From Candidatus Micrarchaeia archaeon (lineage in GTDB: Archaea > Micrarchaeota > Micrarchaeia > Micrarchaeales > CABMGC01), in the NCBI GenBank assembly GCA_049964835.1, contig JBMFWW010000004.1, forward strand, positions 4,161 to 44,445: DNA of 40,285 bases, in the 5' to 3' direction. How positions within the stretch are numbered: the stretch's first letter is position 1; each line of letters opens with the position of its first letter. The position numbers and the translations under genes were made by a program. The notes beneath the pieces were generated by a model. The model saw only the letters and a program-made list of their open reading frames with translations, was not told the DNA's origin and did not search any database. Below, one piece after another: positions 35,173 to 40,285 of this stretch.

Positions 35173-36639
35173 ATGCAGGAAAAAAGGCCAGATAATAAAC
35201 CAGTTCACGAGAACATAATACTTTTTGTAATAACAATAGGGGTTGTAATGGCCTCTATTGATTCTACAATAGTACTTCTTGCATTTCCTGCAATAACCTC
35301 TGCATTAAAGTCAAACTTTGCAACCATACTTTGGGTTATTTTAATATACATACTCGTTACTGCTGTTCTTTCTTTGCAATTAGGAAGAGTGGGCGATATA
35401 TTTGGAAGAGGAAGAATGTACAATCTTGGCTTTGCCATCTTCACTGTAGCTTCTTTATTATGTGGTCTTGCATCTACTGCAGTAGAGTTAATAATTTTTA
35501 GGTCGATGCAAGCAGTAGGGGGAGCACTTTTACAATCTACAAGTACTGCGATAATAGCTGATATTTTCAAAAAAGGAAATATAGGAAGAGCTTTTGGTTT
35601 TACGGCAATAGGATGGAGTCTTGGTGCCGTTTTAGGAATAATACTTGGAGGATTTATAACGACATTTTTAGGCTACCAGTACATATTCTTCATAAATGTT
35701 CCTATAGGAATACTAGCATTCTTCTTAGGTGTAAAGTATCTCAAGGATAACAACAAACACGAATCAAAAATAGATATTCCAGGAATGATTTTACTAGGAA
35801 TTGCAATAACATTACTTGTATATGGTGGAATAGATATAGCAGTTGTTGGATTAACAATTTTTGTATTGGGAATACTTATTTTAGGTATAATATTATTGCT
35901 TCTTTTCATATTAAATGAGAAAAAATCTAAATTTCCAACTATAGACTTCGTTTCACTGAAAAATAAGATATTTAGAAACTCATTGATAGCTGCATTCTTT
36001 CAGAGTATGGGATTCATAGGAGCAACATTTATGCTTATAATGTATTTACAAGGAGTCAAGGGATACACTCCATTCTTTGCGTCTTTGCTTCTAGTTCCAG
36101 GTTATATAATAAGCGCAATAGTAGCACCAAAAATGGGAAGATATTCAGACAAATATGGAGCAAGAGAACTTGCAACAATAGGGATAGGATTAATAATACT
36201 AGGTATAATGGTCTATTTGTATACTGTAAGTTATAACGCATCAGTTTATTTGATAGTGATAGGATCTGGAATAGTAGGTATTGGGGGTGCAATGTTTTAT
36301 CCTGCAAACAGTAACGCGCTAATGTCAAACTCGAATAAAAGTTCTTATGGCTCTGCGTCTGGATTATTAAGATTATTTTCAAACATGGGTCTTATAAGCA
36401 GTTTTGTTATAGTGATAGTCGCTGCAGCGTCAGCGATACCTAGTTCATTAGCATTTCAGATCTTTGTAGGTAGTTCAAAACTTACCTCTATAGAATCTGC
36501 AGGTTTTATAACCGGAATGCAATTTTCACTCTTAGTTCTTATTGTTATACTAATTATTGCAGGAATTGCATCTGCAACAAGAGGCAAACATATACGAGTA
36601 GAAGAAGAAAAGGTACACCGCCAAATTCCAACAGAGTAA
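35173..36639 (+). CDS. MFS transporter, 14-TM DHA2/EmrB-like
   Basis: About 14 hydrophobic helices. MFS motif A-like GRVGDIFGRGRM lies between TM2 and TM3. 488 aa. Confidence 0.85.
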   Translation: MQEKRPDNKPVHENIILFVITIGVVMASIDSTIVLLAFPAITSALKSNFATILWVILIYILVTAVLSLQLGRVGDIFGRGRMYNLGFAIFTVASLLCGLASTAVELIIFRSMQAVGGALLQSTSTAIIADIFKKGNIGRAFGFTAIGWSLGAVLGIILGGFITTFLGYQYIFFINVPIGILAFFLGVKYLKDNNKHESKIDIPGMILLGIAITLLVYGGIDIAVVGLTIFVLGILILGIILLLLFILNEKKSKFPTIDFVSLKNKIFRNSLIAAFFQSMGFIGATFMLIMYLQGVKGYTPFFASLLLVPGYIISAIVAPKMGRYSDKYGARELATIGIGLIILGIMVYLYTVSYNASVYLIVIGSGIVGIGGAMFYPANSNALMSNSNKSSYGSASGLLRLFSNMGLISSFVIVIVAAASAIPSSLAFQIFVGSSKLTSIESAGFITGMQFSLLVLIVILIIAGIASATRGKHIRVEEEKVHRQIPTE

Positions 36640-36739
36640 TAAATCATAGTAGTTTTTAGCACGAACAAGGGATTTAGGATTAGATATTTTTCAAGTTTAA
36701 TAGAAAAGTATTTATATCATATTATAAAAAACATAATCT

Positions 36740-37294
36740 ATGCAAAAAAGGTTCAATCTCCTTAGAACTGCCGGTTACATTGAGTTAAGATATAAAGAAC
36801 TTAAAAGAACATTGAGAGATATCGAAGAAAACTGCATTGTAAAAATACACAAAAAGGACTTTTTCTTTAAAAAAGAGGATGGATTTACACTTAATGATTC
36901 AGAACAAATCCACTTTCAATATAAATGGCTTGAAAAAGTTAATGAAGCACTAGAAGAGATCACTCCAAAACCGATAGCTTTTTTGAAGATAGGGAGAGAT
37001 TATGGCTATTTAATGGATATTGTTAATGGAGAAACATTAGAACAAAAACTCAAAAATCCGGAATCAAAAGAAAAAATTAAAAGAGAGTTTAATTTTGATT
37101 TGCTTTATGACTCGATTAAAGAATTACATAGAAGAGAACTGCCACATGGCGATTTGGACCCTTCCAATATAATGATTTCACACAATAATAGATTTGTCCT
37201 CATAGATCCGTTTAAACACCCATCTCTATCAGATGGTATACACGATGACCTTTCTAATTTGAAGAGAGTTCGTGAATTTGTATTTAATGCTTAA
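36740..37294 (+). CDS. Small atypical protein-kinase-like protein (Bud32/RIO/APH-like C-lobe)
   Basis: Catalytic-loop-like LPHGDLDPSNIMIS is followed by FVLIDPF (DFG position reads DPF). GYLMDIVNGETLEQ resembles the hinge region. No glycine-rich loop is seen. 184 aa. Confidence 0.5.
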   Translation: MQKRFNLLRTAGYIELRYKELKRTLRDIEENCIVKIHKKDFFFKKEDGFTLNDSEQIHFQYKWLEKVNEALEEITPKPIAFLKIGRDYGYLMDIVNGETLEQKLKNPESKEKIKREFNFDLLYDSIKELHRRELPHGDLDPSNIMISHNNRFVLIDPFKHPSLSDGIHDDLSNLKRVREFVFNA

Positions 37295-37423
37295 TGTAAT
37301 TTTTATTAAATAGTAAATTTTCTTTTTTTTAACTAATAAAATTGATATATAATTACTGTTGTAGTATCCCGATTTAATGTCATCTCGATAATTAATCTCA
37401 TCATTTTACCTTTTATTTGTTTC

Positions 37424-37869
37424 TTATTCAGCCGTTTTTCGTGTCATCCTCTCAAAATATGCAATTTTTTGAGTGGTGTCAAGACTCAGATGTGGCATGT
37501 TGTTATAACACTCAACAACTTTGTCCAAATCAAATCCAAAATGTTTGTATAGTTTGTCTGTTGAGCCAAACCAGCGTTCAATCTTACCATTGGATTGTGG
37601 TCTTTTTACCCTAAACAGTATATGTTCTATGCCTCGTTTCTTTAGTTTTTCTCTAAATTTGTATTCCTTTTCCTTATTAGCACAGAATTTGATTCCAGGA
37701 TCAGTCATCACTTGTTTCGGAACGCTCCATTCGCGTATTGCACTGTCAAGTACAAACAATGCATTTTCTGTTGCAGCATTATTGAATTTGCCTCTTCCGA
37801 CCACTTTTCTAGAGGCATCATCTACATATGCGATAACATGTTTTCCATCTTCTGTGTCTGTGTAGATTT
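37424..37869 (-). pseudogene. 5'-truncated DDE (rve/integrase-core) transposase, IS481/IS3-like remnant
   Basis: The frame opens right after a TAA with no start codon: K-IYTDTEDGKHVIAYVDDASRKVVG... (first D and DD-SR motif), MTDPGIKF (second D), RPQSNGKIERW (E). The N-terminal HTH region is absent and no terminal inverted repeats were found. Confidence 0.8.
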
Positions 37870-38090
37870 TTTAAAACACTACTTCTAAAAGTGCTTAACA
37901 GAAATAAAATAATTATACTTAAGCGAGATTATAATCCTCATATCTGTAGTGTCACCTCAACTTTGCGTGAGCTAAGCATTCTACAACAAGAAGTAATCCA
38001 ACATTTTTATAGTATTTCTAAAAGAATCTTAGCATAGTATATTTTTATAAGAAGACCATACTTTTTAATATATTAAATATAAAATAAAAA

Positions 38091-38120
38091 TAGGTAGATA
38101 GTTAATAGGTAGATAGTTAT
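38091..38120. repeat. 15-bp tandem repeat x2 (TAGGTAGATAGTTAA / TAGGTAGATAGTTAT)
   Basis: Read directly; 14/15 identity between the copies. Confidence 0.9.
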
Positions 38121-38384
38121 TAAACCGCAAATAAGCTTAAAACAATTTTTATTCTTACAAATAAAAAGATTTAATAATATTCTTACAATATTTTAGTATT
38201 TCTAATATTATCTATACTTTTTCTAATTTCCTCTTATTTTGCAGTTTAACGCACGATCTAACTTACTGAGTATTTACTCAAAATAAAAATTTACATTTAA
38301 ATATTGCCAAATTAGACCCTATTTTTGTCGTCGGAAGTTGTTTTGTATAGAAAAATGAGTACGTTTACACCATAATTTTTGTTT

Positions 38385-38618
38385 TATCATAATCATGAAA
38401 TCTAGTTTTTATTTTCCATATTTATGCAATAAAAAATGCTTTATGAGGAAATGGCCTCTCTTTAGAACTGCTTTTTCAAATAATAGGGATGGTTTAACTA
38501 ATAGGCCTTGTTTTTCATAATTGTGAAATGAGTTACTTTTTTTAGTTATGTTTTTGTTTCATAAATTTGAAAATCAATAAAACTGAATAAAAAATTTGTA
38601 TATTTCATTTATATGAAA
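38385..38618. promoter_or_regulatory. Array of four dyad-symmetric sites TTTCA-N6-TGAAA in non-coding DNA
   Basis: Sites are 38385-38400 TATCA-TAATCA-TGAAA (one mismatch), 38513-38528 TTTCA-TAATTG-TGAAA, 38557-38572 TTTCA-TAAATT-TGAAA and 38603-38618 TTTCA-TTTATA-TGAAA. The first two sites also share flanking sequence (TTGTTTT upstream). Confidence 0.6.
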
Positions 38619-38636
38619 AACTGTTTATTGTTTGTT

Positions 38637-39028
38637 CTATAAGCTCCTCAATGGGCTTTTTAATCCATAAACCTTAGTGTGCAGTTCCTCCCTGACCTTA
38701 TTATACATTGATTCAGAAAGTGAATCCAGATATGGCATTATGATCATGGGGACTGGCCTTTTTGTAGCGGAATAGGCTGGTTGAATATAACTAAATGGGT
38801 TTGTTTTGCTCCTAGCCTTTTATAGAAGTTTATTCTTTTAGCTGCGGTCGGACTTAATGTTTCAGGTTCAACTTCTATAACAACAGGAAGCTTTAGATTT
38901 TCTTTCAACATCATAAATGCCTATAACCCATAGCCTCTGCCCCTGAATTTTTTCTTTATTGCGAAATGCAATACTTCTATTATCAGTACCCTTTCGATCC
39001 TTAATGCGATAAAATAATGATGGTAGAT
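38637..39028 (-). pseudogene. GNAT-family N-acetyltransferase pseudogene (5'-truncated, in-frame TAG, one frameshift)
   Basis: Hand translation gives ...VLIIEVLHFAIKKKFRGRGYGL-TAG(38921-38923)-AFMMLKENLKLPVVIEVEPETLSPTAAKRINFYKRLGAK. After a frame change within about 38790-38809 it continues ...FSYIQPAYSATKRPVPMIIMPYLDSLSESMYNKVREELHTKVYGL...*. The R-G-x-G-x-G acetyl-CoA motif and the FY-x-x-x-G block are GNAT hallmarks. Confidence 0.7.
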
Positions 39029-39284
39029 TCATAAAATATGGATACTTTTCAAATAGTTCATATCTATATATAATCATTAAAAATAGTATCAGTGAAACGC
39101 ATGTAAATATAAATGGCGCTATAAAAACCGTTGCTTTTCCAGTGTATACACTAAAATATATTCCAAAAGTCCAAGAGAATATAACGAGTACTAATCCAAT
39201 TGCAATGAGCAACCTTGCTGGATCCCCTAATGGATGTCTTTTAAGAGACGTAATTACCGTATTTAGTAGACGAAACGCAGCTAT
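38868..39284 (-). pseudogene. Membrane-protein fragment (2-3 TM helices) without an ATG, chimeric with the GNAT remnant
   Basis: The open frame has no ATG, and the only candidate start is TTG 39212. It reads ...SLKRHPLGDPARLLIAIGLVLVIFSWTFGIYF...ATVFIAPFIFTCVSLILFLMIIY.... Its last ~50 codons overlap the GNAT motif-A region in another frame, so the 3' part is probably not genuine. Confidence 0.35.
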
Positions 39285-39363
39285 TTATGCTTTTTTAGAT
39301 TAAGTACTTAAATTTTACAAAATAATTTTATATTAATAAAGTAAAACCTTAATTTTTACCCAA

Positions 39364-39936
39364 TTACTTCCTTTTTAAATCTTTTTTTATTTTATTATTA
39401 GTTATAATCTCAAATATCTGAATAGGGGTCATATCAGCATCAATGAATTTATATCCCTCTTTTTTTGCCCAGATGTTATCCTCTTTAACCATCTTCACTA
39501 TTTTATCCTTCTGCTCTTTAGTCTCCCCAAATCTGTGATAAGCATTTTTATCATTCAGCCTCCGCTTTACCCTTTTTAATGCTAATTTTTCATCTTCATA
39601 GAGCCAGAATCGCTTTCCAAACCAACGCTCCATGTGTTCTGGAACAGGACCTCCGAATAAGTACATCTCTTTATTTCTATTATCATTAATTAATTTCTTT
39701 AGACGTTCCATATCTGGAGTCCATTCAAGACCTAACTTTTCAGCCCATTTATTAACTCTTTTTCCTATTCTAGGTGGCAATTTAATCTTTTTGCCCATTT
39801 TATCACGAAAAAAGCCAACAGTCTTATCCCCATCGTAAGCATTCTTTCCTTGTTCTTGAAAATATTTACATAATGTTGTTTTTCCAGATCCTGGAGGACC
39901 TCCGATGAATATATGCAACTTTTTTGAATGTACCAT
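39364..39936 (-). CDS. P-loop NTPase, nucleotide-kinase-like (unassigned family)
   Basis: Walker A at the N-terminus (HIFIGGPPGSGKTTL). Its 190-aa size and helical remainder fit adenylate/nucleoside-kinase-like folds. No further family motif was recognised. Confidence 0.55.
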   Translation of the reverse strand: MVHSKKLHIFIGGPPGSGKTTLCKYFQEQGKNAYDGDKTVGFFRDKMGKKIKLPPRIGKRVNKWAEKLGLEWTPDMERLKKLINDNRNKEMYLFGGPVPEHMERWFGKRFWLYEDEKLALKRVKRRLNDKNAYHRFGETKEQKDKIVKMVKEDNIWAKKEGYKFIDADMTPIQIFEIITNNKIKKDLKRK

Positions 39937-40285
39937 TTTATCACATAATATTATATTATATCTTTTTTAAAATAAAAATCATTAGTTAAATTATTATATT
40001 ATTTTTTAGCCATAAGTAATCTTACCTTATCTTTATTTATCCTAGAATTATATGATTTTATATTTCTTTCATTTGCAGATTTAAATTCATCATTTTTTAT
40101 CGATGTACTTACTATTGCTCCATCTGAATAAGTTAAAATATCATTTTTTTAGAGTATGGCGTCGAGAAGTTTATCAAAGCCCTTTTAGAATCGATGTGTT
40201 TTATGATAATTCTCTACATGTAGACACTATCGGACTTTAATTCTGTAGACTGTTTTCTTGTTTCAATTTTTTTTCTGCCATAATA

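Noticed and set aside
37295-37423. A search for terminal inverted repeats or target-site duplications flanking the transposase remnant.
   Set aside because: Only an 8-nt shared string (CTACAACA near 37355-37365 and 37980-37988, in inverted orientation) was found, which is not convincing in AT-rich DNA. The element ends cannot be defined.
37870-38636. The AT-rich repeat-bearing spacer as a chromosomal replication origin.
   Set aside because: No orc1/cdc6 gene is adjacent. The dyad TTTCA-N6-TGAAA does not match the spacing of known ORB/mini-ORB elements (TTCCA-N-TGGAA type). I kept it only as a remote alternative under the dyad-array finding.
38921-38923. The in-frame TAG inside the GNAT reading frame as possible stop-codon recoding (e.g. 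pyrrolysine or readthrough).
   Set aside because: The same gene also has a frameshift and a missing N-terminus. TAG is used as a normal stop by neighbouring genes such as L30e and aIF-2 beta. No pyl genes are visible. Pseudogenisation is the simpler explanation.

Overview
This is an AT-rich (roughly 30% G+C by eye), gene-dense archaeal chromosome segment. The archaeal assignment rests on eL30, eS28, eL24, L7Ae, aEF-2, aIF-1A, aIF-2 beta, a RIO kinase, Sec61 beta and a geranylgeranyl reductase. The compact operons and ribosomal proteins with extensions suggest a reduced-genome (DPANN-like) archaeon, but that is only a guess.

Most of the window is housekeeping:
- lipid reductase, SMC, Sec11-type signal peptidase, tRNA-Leu(CAG), YchF/DRG-type GTPase and LeuRS
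- an aIF-2beta/aIF-1A operon beside a RIO kinase
- a fused ribosomal cluster L30e-S12-S7-EF2-L7Ae-S28e-L24e, followed by ThiI and an MFS transporter

Less ordinary content:
1. A cell-surface and glycosylation neighbourhood at 11.6-16.3 kb: carbamoyltransferase, GT-C glycosyltransferase and a sequon-dense anchored surface protein.
2. A four-gene PadR / ABC ATPase / ABC-2 permease / CARDB-like surface protein cassette at 21.9-26.0 kb.
3. An accessory pocket at 26.1-29.1 kb. It holds a diadenylate-cyclase-like (DAC) domain protein with a C-terminal membrane anchor and altered catalytic motifs, an LRV/HEAT repeat protein, a small barrel protein and a pentapeptide-repeat protein.
4. A gene-decay island at 37.3-39.3 kb: a 5'-truncated DDE transposase, a GNAT pseudogene and a membrane-protein fragment. 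They flank about 0.77 kb of non-coding DNA that carries four copies of the dyad TTTCA-N6-TGAAA.

Two real small genes fall below the ORF-track cutoff and were recovered by hand: Sec61 beta and ribosomal protein L24e. I found no CRISPR array and no intact mobile element. No recognisable multi-gene defence system is visible. The DAC-like protein, the dyad array and the ABC/surface cassette are the best candidates for something undescribed, and all need database and structural checks that I cannot run here.
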